From: Thiotrichales bacterium
Lineage (GTDB): Bacteria; Pseudomonadota; Gammaproteobacteria; GCF-002020875
Direction of reading: 5' to 3'
DNA: 64,000 nt
Assembly: GCA_018658305.1 (NCBI GenBank)
Contig: JABHVM010000011.1
Span: 3,551 to 67,550 of the forward strand
The notes below the pieces were generated by a model that worked only from the letters and a program-made list of their open reading frames with translations, was not told the origin of the DNA and searched no databases. Positions 18,096 to 27,647 of the stretch are shown here, piece by piece. Both the position numbers and the translations under genes were made by a program. Every line of letters begins with the position of its first letter. Positions within the stretch are counted from its first letter, which is position 1.

Positions 18096-20390
18096 CTATT
18101 TTACAACTACAGCGCCATGCTCTTCCAGATAGGTTTTAGCACGCAGACCGATGTCAGCCGCTTTAACCTGATACTGCCACCACTGTCCAGCTTGTAGTGT
18201 AGCATTCTGGTAGTCACCACTCTTAGCAGATGCTTCAGAGTCTTTCTGCCACTTAGATGCAAAGCCTAACTGAGCCACAGCGTCATCAACTAGCTCTTTT
18301 ACAGGTGCGAAATCAGTATAGTTTCTCTCTGTAATGAACTTAACAACACTATCGATCACATCTTGAGTTGCATGGTTAGTTCCAACCTGCTTATCGTAAT
18401 CGGTTTTAGAGTAAGTTGTACCATCTACAATCTTACCTTCAACGTCTTTATAGCCTTTAGGTTTAACTAAGAGGTATCCTTCCATCTCCAAATGGAGTGC
18501 TGAACAGAACTCTGTACAGTAGTATGGGAACACACCTTCTATATCCGCAATAAAGGTAGCAGATGCTGTTTTACCTGGCTCGATAGAGAGGTTGACATTG
18601 GTACCATTAATAGCAAACCCATGAGTCTCATCTTCAGCTCGCTCTAGATTAGTAAGATGTACAATAACTTTATCACCAACTTCAGCTTCAATAGTCTCAG
18701 GAGTGATGTGCGAACGGATTACCGTACCAAACACCTCTACTGTACAGTTGTCACCATCACAAGTACGCACAGTCTTCTCGCGGCCAGCACGAGCTTTAAA
18801 CTTAGAGCGCGTATCTGTACGGCTGTTCCAACCAGATTTATAGCGAATAGCTGGCTTCAGTTTGTCAGCTTTGATTGCTACTACATAGTGCGGTTCGCCT
18901 AGTGGTAGTGGCATATCATATAGAAGCTCCATCTTATCACCGCTAATATCGATCAGCTGATGGTTCTGCGGATGCAGTGGACCTACAGGGTTGAAGCGGT
19001 CAATAGCTAGCTTATTAAGAGAGATTAAGTACTTTCCATCAGGAGATGCAGAGTCACCTTCCATCGCAACTAAGTGACCAATATTGTAGTGGATAGATAA
19101 TTTATCCAGTACTTTACCAGTACAGTAGTTCCATTTAGTAACTTGTGAATCAACATAGATTGAAGTAAAGACGGTACAAGGTTTTGAATCATACTGTGTA
19201 TGAAGTGGACCTAAACCAACTGCTACCTGTTTATGTAGCGCATCTTTTAGCGATACGATCGGGATACCATATGGGTCATGTGCTTCATATTTCTCTGCAT
19301 CGTGTGCAGTCATCATTTTATCGAAGCTGTAAACATAAGCGTGGCTATCGAGCTTACCAGAGACAATCATATATTTGCCGTCTGGAGAGACATCAATACC
19401 ATGAGGACTTTTTGGCTCAGGAATAAGGAACATAGCCTTGTTTTCAACCATAGTATCCATGGATAGTACATCCATTCCATTTACAGGTTTACCTTTACCA
19501 GCTTTGAATAGTTCCGCAGCTTTTTTCCAGTTTACAACATGTAGGAAGTCAGTATCTTTCTGAGAACAACCCGCCTCATATGGAGGACGACCTTTTTCTA
19601 TACCACCAACATAACGCTCAGAACAGAATGAGTTAGTGAAAGACCAGCCATCACTTACAAACTTACCAGCATCAGATAGATCTTGACTGTATGGAGGCAT
19701 CTCAACTGTAAATGATTGAGATGGATCGATGCGACCTTTCTCTTTATCAAAACTCCAGTAAGTAACACCACCACGATAGCGATCATTGAACTGCTCTAGA
19801 GGAACAAACTCATTCTCATATGGGGCAGGGTACTGAGCGGCCTCAAGAATATAGTCAGTATTTGGAGTTACAAAAGCACCACCGTGCTCATTGTTAAAGT
19901 GAGGATTAACTACAATTTGCTTAGTCTCGAAATCATGGAGATCAATTACTGCTATACGAGGGTTAGCTTTATCATTGATGAATAGAAATTTTCCGTTATA
20001 TTCACCATTAGTCTCAGAGAATGCAGGATGGTGAGTGTCACCAAATTTAATCTCTTTACCGTTAATGTTGCCCTGAGCAAGTACTGCTTTAGACTCATCA
20101 TCAAAGCCATAACCTTGCCAAGGTTCTGGGGTAAATACACCAATATATTTTAGGATGCGCATAGATGGAACACCGTATACGATCACCTGTCCACTCTGAC
20201 CGCCAGAGCTGAATGCGAGATACTCATCGCGTCCACCTGTTGGGGTGTAGGTTTTTGCTGCTGCAAGCAGATCCTTTTGGGTTAGGCCACGTTTTTTCAT
20301 AACATCGTCTAGCGCGGATGACCACGCTGAGCTGCCTGCACCTACGGACACGCCTATGGCGACAGCCATGGTTAATGTCTTATTAAGCAT
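18096..20390 (-). CDS. nosZ: nitrous-oxide reductase, clade II (Sec-dependent) with a C-terminal extension of about 110 aa
   Basis: Sec-type signal with no RR motif, seven-bladed propeller region, and the CuA motif CTEFCSALHLEM. The C-terminal tail has no CXXCH. Confidence 0.9.
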   Translation of the reverse strand: MLNKTLTMAVAIGVSVGAGSSAWSSALDDVMKKRGLTQKDLLAAAKTYTPTGGRDEYLAFSSGGQSGQVIVYGVPSMRILKYIGVFTPEPWQGYGFDDESKAVLAQGNINGKEIKFGDTHHPAFSETNGEYNGKFLFINDKANPRIAVIDLHDFETKQIVVNPHFNNEHGGAFVTPNTDYILEAAQYPAPYENEFVPLEQFNDRYRGGVTYWSFDKEKGRIDPSQSFTVEMPPYSQDLSDAGKFVSDGWSFTNSFCSERYVGGIEKGRPPYEAGCSQKDTDFLHVVNWKKAAELFKAGKGKPVNGMDVLSMDTMVENKAMFLIPEPKSPHGIDVSPDGKYMIVSGKLDSHAYVYSFDKMMTAHDAEKYEAHDPYGIPIVSLKDALHKQVAVGLGPLHTQYDSKPCTVFTSIYVDSQVTKWNYCTGKVLDKLSIHYNIGHLVAMEGDSASPDGKYLISLNKLAIDRFNPVGPLHPQNHQLIDISGDKMELLYDMPLPLGEPHYVVAIKADKLKPAIRYKSGWNSRTDTRSKFKARAGREKTVRTCDGDNCTVEVFGTVIRSHITPETIEAEVGDKVIVHLTNLERAEDETHGFAINGTNVNLSIEPGKTASATFIADIEGVFPYYCTEFCSALHLEMEGYLLVKPKGYKDVEGKIVDGTTYSKTDYDKQVGTNHATQDVIDSVVKFITERNYTDFAPVKELVDDAVAQLGFASKWQKDSEASAKSGDYQNATLQAGQWWQYQVKAADIGLRAKTYLEEHGAVVVK

Positions 20391-20579
20391 AAATTATAGA
20401 CTCCTTACTTTTAGCAACTATTAAGCTACTATAGGTTAATTGTAAAACTTCAGGTTAAATTTCAATACTGCCACTAATTTTTAGTTACTTTTATAGTAGA
20501 GGTATCCAATACAATGGATATGCAAACCAGTACCTAAAATTTAGAAATGTAATAATTATCTATTTAGGGGATTTTATCG

Positions 20580-20593
20580 TTGACCTTGGTCAA
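20580..20593. promoter_or_regulatory. FNR/Dnr/NnrR-type palindromic box TTGAC-N4-GTCAA in the nosZ upstream region
   Basis: Perfect 5-4-5 palindrome TTGACCTTGGTCAA about 190 bp upstream of the nosZ start. Confidence 0.5.
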
Positions 20594-20723
20594 TTTTATG
20601 AAAAAGATTAATTTATTTAACTGCATTTCATTTCTCTGTTTCAGTTATAGTTAGCCACCACTATCCACTGCTATAGTTAGGTGAATAGTTAGATAAAATT
20701 AACAAGCAAAGGAGTTTTAAAAT

Positions 20724-21149
20724 ATGAAAACAGTAAATAGTATAAAGATAGCTATTGGCGTATGTTGTGTAGCAAGTGCAATGAGTGTATCTGCAGGAAC
20801 AACATTAAGTTGTGATATCGAAGAGCTTGACCGTCTTACCGGAAAAGTTACTCACAATTTAGATGAAAAAGTGGTTGTTCCAGATCAGAGTGGCCGTGAG
20901 AAGAGAGTGCTTAATGAAGAGGAGAAGTATGTTGCTTATGAAGAGTGGATAATCAACCCTCAGGCATCTATTTTTCGTTATAGAGGAAAATTGGATGGAG
21001 ATATGGTCTCCCTTGAAAAGAGTATGATTGAAGCTGGTACTGGAATTTTGCGTGGAGAAATTCACTATAAAAAACTAGGTGAGCGTGTAAAAAAAGAGGT
21101 TACTTATAGAGGTAACTGCTATCTTGATAAAATTACTGCAACTGAATAG
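20724..21149 (+). CDS. hypothetical secreted protein
   Basis: Signal peptide and an SD-like AAGGAG upstream. Confidence 0.4.
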   Translation: MKTVNSIKIAIGVCCVASAMSVSAGTTLSCDIEELDRLTGKVTHNLDEKVVVPDQSGREKRVLNEEEKYVAYEEWIINPQASIFRYRGKLDGDMVSLEKSMIEAGTGILRGEIHYKKLGERVKKEVTYRGNCYLDKITATE

Positions 21150-21182
21150 TTACAATAAATTTAAATATAGATTAATGAATTA

Positions 21183-21980
21183 ATGGTGAAGATGATAATT
21201 ATGACTAAGATATCAAATAAATTGAGCGCAGGACTGCTCGCATCTATGTTAGTGATGCTTGCAGGATGTTCTAGTGAGGGAGATGCTGTTGCAGAGGTTA
21301 TGGTAACTCCTGGCTTTGAGGCTAACACTGTGGTCGAAGGGGAGGGCAGAGCTGCGCAGAGTGGTGATGAAGTTACTGTTCACTATACTGGCACTCTTAC
21401 TGATGGAACTAAGTTTGATTCTAGTAGAGATAGAGATAAACCATTTAGCTTCACCCTTGGTGCAGGATCCGTTATTAAAGGCTGGGATGTTGGAGTAGTG
21501 GGGATGAAGCCTGGTGAGCAGCGCAAGCTAGTTATTCCAGCAGAAATGGGGTATGGTAGTCGTGCTATGTCAGTAATTCCAGCTAACTCCACCTTGCTCT
21601 TTGATGTGGAGTTGATATCTGCAGTTGGAATTAACAATATTAGTAGTTCTGAACTGAAAGCGATGTTGGCAGAGGGCAACTTAACTCTGGTAGATATCCG
21701 TCGTCCAGAAGAGTGGAAGAAGACCGGTATTATTGAAGGATCTAAGAAAATCACAGCCTTCACTAAAAATGGTCGCATCCATAGTGATTTCAATGATAAG
21801 TTCTTAAAGCGTCTTGAGCCAAAAGGTGAAAACGATAAAATTGTAATAATTTGTCGTACAGGAAATCGCACTAAGACCCTTGCCAGAGCCCTTGTAAAAG
21901 AGATGGGATGGCAAGATGTCTACAATGTTAAAGATGGAATAACCGACTGGATTAAGAGAGGTAATCCAGTAATTAAATAA
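21183..21980 (+). CDS. lipoprotein with FKBP-type peptidyl-prolyl isomerase and rhodanese domains
   Basis: Lipobox LAGCSS; FKBP core VTVHYTGTLTDGTKFDSS...GWDVGVVGMKPGE; rhodanese Cys loop IVIICRTGNRT. Confidence 0.72.
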   Translation: MVKMIIMTKISNKLSAGLLASMLVMLAGCSSEGDAVAEVMVTPGFEANTVVEGEGRAAQSGDEVTVHYTGTLTDGTKFDSSRDRDKPFSFTLGAGSVIKGWDVGVVGMKPGEQRKLVIPAEMGYGSRAMSVIPANSTLLFDVELISAVGINNISSSELKAMLAEGNLTLVDIRRPEEWKKTGIIEGSKKITAFTKNGRIHSDFNDKFLKRLEPKGENDKIVIICRTGNRTKTLARALVKEMGWQDVYNVKDGITDWIKRGNPVIK

Positions 21981-21994
21981 GAGTTAAATAATAG

Positions 21995-23929
21995 TTAAAT
22001 AGGTCTCCGCGCCTGTTTAGCTATTCTTCTATAACGAGGGTCAAAGGCTGCGATTATTCCTCCTAATGACATAATCAGTACTCCCAACCATATCCACTGG
22101 ATAAATGGTTTGTAATATACTCGCATAGCCCAAGCTCTACTGTTCTTAATTGGCTCGCCCATCGCTACATATAGATCACGGAACAGCCCTTCATCAATAG
22201 AAGCCTCTGTCATCGGCATTTTCTGCACGGTGTACAGGCGCTTCTCAGGATGGAGTGCAGCAACTTGGTTGTTGTCACTATCATAGACATATACTAATCC
22301 TTTTGTAGTGGTATAGTTCGGTCCTTGCTCTTCAACTAAACCATCGAGAAGGAAGGTATAACCACCTGCCTCAACCTTGCTGCCTGGCTCCATACGAACA
22401 TCTTTCTCAATACTGAATGCGGTAGTGAAACCGACCCCTATAATAAAAAATGCCAGTCCAGTGTGACCAACTAGCATAGCAAGTTGATTGCGTGAAAGTA
22501 CCTTGCGTCTCACTTTTTGAACAAAGTCTGCAAACATGGTGAATATTATCCAGACTGCAACAATCATACTTAAGGTTAGCTGAATAGAGCTCTGATTGAA
22601 GATTAGATGTGGTAGTGATCCACCAACTACTATAGCTGCTACCAAAGCTACTATCTGTTTACTAGCTACACGTTTAACTTGATCAGCTTTCCACCTAATC
22701 ACTGCACTAAGTCCTATTAGGAATGACATTGGAAGCATAATAGGGACGAACACATTATCAAAGTATGGAGGACCTACAGAGATCTTGCCCATATCTAACG
22801 AATCTAATATAAGAGGGTATAGAGTTCCTATTAACACAGTAAGAGTTGCAACAACTAAAAGTACATTATTGATTAGAAGTAGAGTCTCCCGTGAGAATGG
22901 TTTAAACTTACCGCCACTATGGATCATAGGCGCACGCCAAGCGTAGAGTGCAAGTGAGCCTCCAATTACCGCTACAAGGAAGAAGAGGATAAATATTCCA
23001 CGAGTAGGGTCAGCAGCGAATGCATGAACTGATACTAGTACGCCAGAGCGGACTAAGAATGTGCCAAGTAGACTCAGAGAGAATGCAAATATTGCTAGTA
23101 GTACAGTCCACGCCTTAAAGGCACCTCGTTTTTCAGTTACAGCAAGCGAGTGGAGTAGGGCGGTACCCATTAACCACGGCATAAATGATGCATTTTCTAC
23201 TGGATCCCAAAACCACCATCCGCCCCAGCCAAGCTCGTAGTATGCCCACCAGCTACCTAAACCAATGCCTAGCGAGAGAAATACCCACGCCATTGCTGTC
23301 CAAGGACGAGACCAGCGAGCCCAAGTTGCATCCAACTGCCCACCAATTAGGGCTGCGATAACGAATGCGAATGGTATAGCAAAACCAACATATCCCATAT
23401 AGAGAAGAGGCGGGTGAATAATAAGGCCAGGATCTTGGAGGAGTGGGTTGAGATCGCGTCCATCTAGTGCTGCAGGAATAAGGCGTTCAAATGGATTTGA
23501 AGTTAACAGTAGAAATAGTAGGAATCCAATTCCAACAAGACCAAGTATAGCAAGTGCACGCGAGGTTAGAGTGAAAGGGAGACTTTTACTGAACCAAGTA
23601 ACCGCAGCTCCCCATCCACTTAGCATAAATGCCCATAATAGTAGCGAGCCCTCATGGCCACCCCAGACTGCACTAGCCTTGTAGATCATTGGGAGGAGAG
23701 AGTTTGAGTTGGTTGCAACATAGCGTACAGAGAAATCATCAGTTACAAAGCTAACTCCAAGTAGAACTATCGCTATAGTCATAAACAGAAATTGTGCTTG
23801 GGCAGCTGGACGTGCAATTGCCATCAAATTAGAGATGCCGAGCTGTGCTCCGATAAGGGGGATAACTCCCTGCACAATAGCTATTGCGAGAGCGATCATT
23901 AACGCAAAGTTACCAATTTCAGGGATCAT
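21995..23929 (-). CDS. ccmF: cytochrome c-type biogenesis heme lyase CcmF
   Basis: 644-aa polytopic membrane protein with the WWD region [12 protein letters not shown]. Confidence 0.9.
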   Translation of the reverse strand: MIPEIGNFALMIALAIAIVQGVIPLIGAQLGISNLMAIARPAAQAQFLFMTIAIVLLGVSFVTDDFSVRYVATNSNSLLPMIYKASAVWGGHEGSLLLWAFMLSGWGAAVTWFSKSLPFTLTSRALAILGLVGIGFLLFLLLTSNPFERLIPAALDGRDLNPLLQDPGLIIHPPLLYMGYVGFAIPFAFVIAALIGGQLDATWARWSRPWTAMAWVFLSLGIGLGSWWAYYELGWGGWWFWDPVENASFMPWLMGTALLHSLAVTEKRGAFKAWTVLLAIFAFSLSLLGTFLVRSGVLVSVHAFAADPTRGIFILFFLVAVIGGSLALYAWRAPMIHSGGKFKPFSRETLLLINNVLLVVATLTVLIGTLYPLILDSLDMGKISVGPPYFDNVFVPIMLPMSFLIGLSAVIRWKADQVKRVASKQIVALVAAIVVGGSLPHLIFNQSSIQLTLSMIVAVWIIFTMFADFVQKVRRKVLSRNQLAMLVGHTGLAFFIIGVGFTTAFSIEKDVRMEPGSKVEAGGYTFLLDGLVEEQGPNYTTTKGLVYVYDSDNNQVAALHPEKRLYTVQKMPMTEASIDEGLFRDLYVAMGEPIKNSRAWAMRVYYKPFIQWIWLGVLIMSLGGIIAAFDPRYRRIAKQARRPI

Positions 23930-24390
23930 TGTGCACTCTCCTTCATCTTATTAATTCCATCTTGCATTCCCTTCTCCAACGCTTCAGCAACCTCGGGTGG
24001 CATATAGTTTTCATCGTGTTTAGCAAGAACCTCTTCTGCGACAAAAATTCCATCACTCCCAAGCTTACCGAGAGTTACAATACCTTGCTCCTCACGAAAT
24101 AGGTCAGGAAGAATGCCAGTATAGGCGACAGTGACAGTTTTATTGCCATCATTAACATCAAAGTGAACAGTTAAGCCTCCATCAGCTTTGCGTTTGACGC
24201 TCCCTTCAGAGACCATTCCTCCCAAACGGAAAGTATGTTCAAGAGGTGCTTTGCCCTCTACCACTTCAGTTGGGCTGTAGAAGAGGTTAATGTTTTCATT
24301 GAGGGCTTTCATCATAAATGTGGCAGCAATCGCAACTCCTCCAATAATTAGAAGGATTAGGAGTAGTCTCTTTTTTCTTTTTGATGTCAT
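23926..24390 (-). CDS. ccmE: heme chaperone CcmE
   Basis: N-terminal TM helix, OB fold, and the heme-binding motif [13 protein letters not shown]. Confidence 0.9.
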   Translation of the reverse strand: MTSKRKKRLLLILLIIGGVAIAATFMMKALNENINLFYSPTEVVEGKAPLEHTFRLGGMVSEGSVKRKADGGLTVHFDVNDGNKTVTVAYTGILPDLFREEQGIVTLGKLGSDGIFVAEEVLAKHDENYMPPEVAEALEKGMQDGINKMKESAQ

Positions 24391-24535
24391 CTTTGTATCT
24401 CTATAGTGTAAGTTATGTTGTGGTTATGTTGAGTTGAGTATATTTTATTATATAAATAATGTCGTAAATTACTTTAATTGTACCCTACACAAGGTGGAAG
24501 TAAGTTCTTTACGAGCGTTTTTTTTGTATCTCTCT

Positions 24536-24568
24536 GTAACACTACAACTGCCATTTAGGCAGTTGCGG
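24536..24568. repeat. 32-bp hairpin repeat (GCAACTGCC-TAAAT-GGCAGTTG plus flank); an inverted-orientation second copy lies at 34712-34743
   Basis: Identical 32-mer CGCAACTGCCTAAATGGCAGTTGTAGTGTTAC on opposite strands at the two loci. Confidence 0.7.
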
Positions 24569-24586
24569 TCATCTAAGGATAACAGT

Positions 24587-25849
24587 TTATCTCTCCTGTT
24601 GTCGAATATGTCTTGCTATACTCTTTTTAGCTTCACGAGTAGTACGTAGAGCTCCAAGTAGATTTAGAAGAAATACGGTTAAGGCTATTAGATATGAGGC
24701 GAGCACATATTTAGAGTGGTCTCTAATGTTGAGTGCAGCGATAGAGGTGGCACGAATATACCCCATATTTTTAGTGTCACTATCTGTAACAGGAGTTCCA
24801 GTAATATGCGCCCCCCAATGGGTGCGGAGTTGCTTTGGAAGTGTTCCGGTAAAGTTTATCTGCAGCTCTTTGCGGCCACTTTTTACAGTACTATCTTGAG
24901 TGTCAGCAAGATCTGCGAGAGTTATCTTATGCTCCTTTCCAGTAGACTCAATAGTTTTAACTTCTCCACGCATCTCAATGTTATCTCCAGCAGCACTGTT
25001 AGTGATAACTTCGGCTACAGTTAAAACTGGAGTAGTAGTGGTTGAGGTTGCGTGGAAACCAATATAGCCAACAGCTGCAACTGGAATAAGCCAGTGGAGT
25101 ATGTTAGTTTTAATAGTAGGTAGATTGCGGACCCAGCTTCCTCGCGAGTCTTGCTGTAGGGTAAGTCCTCGAGCACGAATTAATAGAACTACGGCATAAA
25201 ATATAGATAGAGCAAAAAGCATCAACAGCATAGAGCTTAACATTGTCATCTCCATAGATGGTTTAGCTATCTTAGATACTGTGGCTCCTTGATGTAGAGT
25301 ATTCCACCACTCTACCGAGAAGTGAATAATTGGTATATTAACCACCCCAACTAGCGCCAATACCGCACTTGAGCGAGCTGCACTCTGCCTGTCATCCATT
25401 GCAGCACGAAGCGCCATGTAACCGAAGTAGAGAAATAGGAGAATCAATTCTGAGGTAAGGCGAGCATCCCACTGCCACCAAGTTCCCCAAGTAGGTTTCC
25501 CCCAAATTGAACCAGTAATTAGAGCAAGAAAGGTAAATGCTGCTCCAATCGGTGCGCTGGCTGCAGCTATGGTGTCAGCAAGTTTAATTCTCCAGATTAG
25601 AAAAATAGCTCCAGAAGTTGCCATGATCATATAGATCATCATAGAGTTAGATGCTGCTGGAACATGGAGAAATATAATGCGGTAGCTCTCTCCCTGTTCA
25701 GAATGGGTTGGTGCCATCGCAAATCCGACATATAGCCCTAAAACTAATAGCGCAAAAGATGTCGCTACAAGCCATGGCAGGAGTTTTCCTGACATGGAGT
25801 AGAAATGTTTTGGTGAAGAGAAGCGGTATATAAAATTTGGTAGTTTCAT
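24587..25849 (-). CDS. ccmC: heme exporter CcmC fused to an extra TM helix, a periplasmic CcmE-like OB domain and a CcmD-like C-terminal TM with basic tail
   Basis: Residues 1-232 are CcmC, with the WWD motif WGTWWQWD. Residues 270-380 align in pattern to CcmE but lack the HDENY heme-binding His. Residues 381-420 are a TM helix plus an Arg/Lys tail as in CcmD. No separate ccmD gene is present. Confidence 0.8.
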   Translation of the reverse strand: MKLPNFIYRFSSPKHFYSMSGKLLPWLVATSFALLVLGLYVGFAMAPTHSEQGESYRIIFLHVPAASNSMMIYMIMATSGAIFLIWRIKLADTIAAASAPIGAAFTFLALITGSIWGKPTWGTWWQWDARLTSELILLFLYFGYMALRAAMDDRQSAARSSAVLALVGVVNIPIIHFSVEWWNTLHQGATVSKIAKPSMEMTMLSSMLLMLFALSIFYAVVLLIRARGLTLQQDSRGSWVRNLPTIKTNILHWLIPVAAVGYIGFHATSTTTTPVLTVAEVITNSAAGDNIEMRGEVKTIESTGKEHKITLADLADTQDSTVKSGRKELQINFTGTLPKQLRTHWGAHITGTPVTDSDTKNMGYIRATSIAALNIRDHSKYVLASYLIALTVFLLNLLGALRTTREAKKSIARHIRQQER

Positions 25850-25913
25850 TCTAGATGTTTAAGTTTATCTGTCTAAGTTTATCTGTTTAAGTATGAGAAA
25901 ATATTCAATTTAG

Positions 25914-26597
25914 TTAACTGGTACTGATACGAATAGATGCAGCAGTAGCTATAGGTGAGAGGGATAGGGTGAACATTAATAGAGCAGATAGTATATATAT
26001 GTACCCATCAACAGCAAGTCCTGCTGCTGCTTCATTAACTGCCATTGAGCCAAAAATAAGCACAGGGATATAGAGAGGAAGCACTAGGAGTGAGAGAAGA
26101 ACCCCCCCTCTTTTAAGACCTACAGTAAGTCCCATACCGATAGCTCCCACCAGACTGAGGATAGGAGTTCCCAGCGCCAAAGTTATCACTAAAGTTTTCA
26201 TCGCTTCGCTTGGTAGATAGAGAAGTACCCCCAGTAGTGGCGCAGCAAATAGTAGTGGCAGACCAGTAATTAACCAGTGAGCAAGGATTTTTGCGAGCAC
26301 TAGAACTGAGAGAGGGTGATGGCTCATAGTTATCTGCTCTAAGGAGCCATCTTCAAAATCGGAACGGAACATTCCATCAAGTGAGAGCATGGCGGAGAGT
26401 AGAGCGGCAACCCATATTATTCCTGGCGCTATAGTCTCTAGTGTAGATGGAGTCGGTCCAACTCCTAACGGAAATAGAGAGACTACAATTATGAAAAATA
26501 GTAGAGGGTTTGCTATCTCACCACGGTGGCGGAAGGCTAAAGTAAGGTCTCGTTTAAGCACCTGAAAAAATACACTGGATAGAGAATTGTTCGCCAT
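25914..26597 (-). CDS. ccmB: heme exporter permease CcmB
   Basis: 227-aa six-TM protein with a CcmB-like N-terminus, adjacent to ccmA. Confidence 0.85.
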   Translation of the reverse strand: MANNSLSSVFFQVLKRDLTLAFRHRGEIANPLLFFIIVVSLFPLGVGPTPSTLETIAPGIIWVAALLSAMLSLDGMFRSDFEDGSLEQITMSHHPLSVLVLAKILAHWLITGLPLLFAAPLLGVLLYLPSEAMKTLVITLALGTPILSLVGAIGMGLTVGLKRGGVLLSLLVLPLYIPVLIFGSMAVNEAAAGLAVDGYIYILSALLMFTLSLSPIATAASIRISTS

Positions 26598-27254
26598 TTA
26601 GGTGTGAGCCTCAACCATTTTAGACTCCATATTTAATTCTAAATTTAGGGAGCTATAGTAGTCACTATCTACTTTAAGAGGATGGTGAGTAGTTAATATT
26701 ATTATCCCACCAGTAGCGACATGTTCTTCAAAAATTGCCTCTATCTCAGCAATTCCTTTACGATCCAATGCGGTGAATGGCTCATCTAAAATCCAGATCT
26801 TTGCTTTGGTTGCAAGTAGGCGGGCTAATGCAACGCGTCGTTTCTGCCCAGCTGAAAGGTGGCGGCAGGGTATATCTTCAAAACCTGAAAGCGAGAGGCG
26901 AGCTAGAATAGCATAGAGATCAACTCCATCTTTAGTTGGTGCGAGTGCTTGAGAAAAAAGAAGATTTTCTAATGCAGTTAGCTCTTCTTTAATTCCGTTA
27001 TGGTGTCCAAGATATGATACTGCTGCGTAATATTCAGCCCGCTCTTTTGCAATATTATCACCAAGCCATAAAATGTCTCCCTCATTTGGAAGCATTAAAC
27101 CGCATAACAGACGCAGTAGGCTAGTTTTGCCGCAGCCGTTACGCCCCTCAATCTGCAGTATGTTGCCAGGTGTGATCTCAATATTGAGATTGCTAAATAG
27201 AATGCGATCACCACGAATGCACTCTAGATTAACAGTTTTAAGTCCATTCTCCAT
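26598..27254 (-). CDS. ccmA: heme exporter ATP-binding protein CcmA
   Basis: Walker A GRNGCGKT, ABC signature LSAGQKRR, Walker B ILDEP. Confidence 0.85.
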   Translation of the reverse strand: MENGLKTVNLECIRGDRILFSNLNIEITPGNILQIEGRNGCGKTSLLRLLCGLMLPNEGDILWLGDNIAKERAEYYAAVSYLGHHNGIKEELTALENLLFSQALAPTKDGVDLYAILARLSLSGFEDIPCRHLSAGQKRRVALARLLATKAKIWILDEPFTALDRKGIAEIEAIFEEHVATGGIIILTTHHPLKVDSDYYSSLNLELNMESKMVEAHT

Positions 27255-27263
27255 AAGTAACAG

Positions 27264-27647
27264 TTAGCGCCGAAATGGGCTTCTAGTATTAGACTGTATA
27301 GTAGATAGTTGATTGGAGATGTTTGAGATCTTCTTTCCAATTGTGCTCATCTCTTCATGGACATCATTCTGGATTAACTGTACATTTCTAGTTGATTTAC
27401 CTATCTCCATCCCCATACGGTCTATCCCTTTAATTATTTTACTAAACCCTGTGTTGAGGCGCTCAACATCTTGTTGAGCATTTGCAATCGGTATAGAGAG
27501 CTTATCTATCTTTTTATTAAGTTCAATAATAGCGAGCTGGTTTTCTCTATTCTGTTGTGATATATCGTAAACCATCTTAAACAGTACTACAGCTGCAACA
27601 ACTAGAAATAGCCTTATAGGCAAGGGAGTTTTAAATTGTTCACTCAT
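27264..27647 (-). CDS. hypothetical membrane-anchored coiled-coil protein at the head of the ccm operon
   Basis: One TM helix followed by coiled-coil heptads; 4-nt overlap with the upstream Sel1 gene. Confidence 0.4.
   Translation of the reverse strand: MSEQFKTPLPIRLFLVVAAVVLFKMVYDISQQNRENQLAIIELNKKIDKLSIPIANAQQDVERLNTGFSKIIKGIDRMGMEIGKSTRNVQLIQNDVHEEMSTIGKKISNISNQLSTIQSNTRSPFRR

Noticed and set aside
18096-20390. Possibility that nosZ is a clade-I (Tat-dependent) enzyme with nosR missing from the window
   Set aside because: The N-terminus has no twin-arginine motif and looks Sec-type. nosB, nosG, nosH and c-type cytochromes are present, which is the clade-II accessory set. nosR is therefore not expected.
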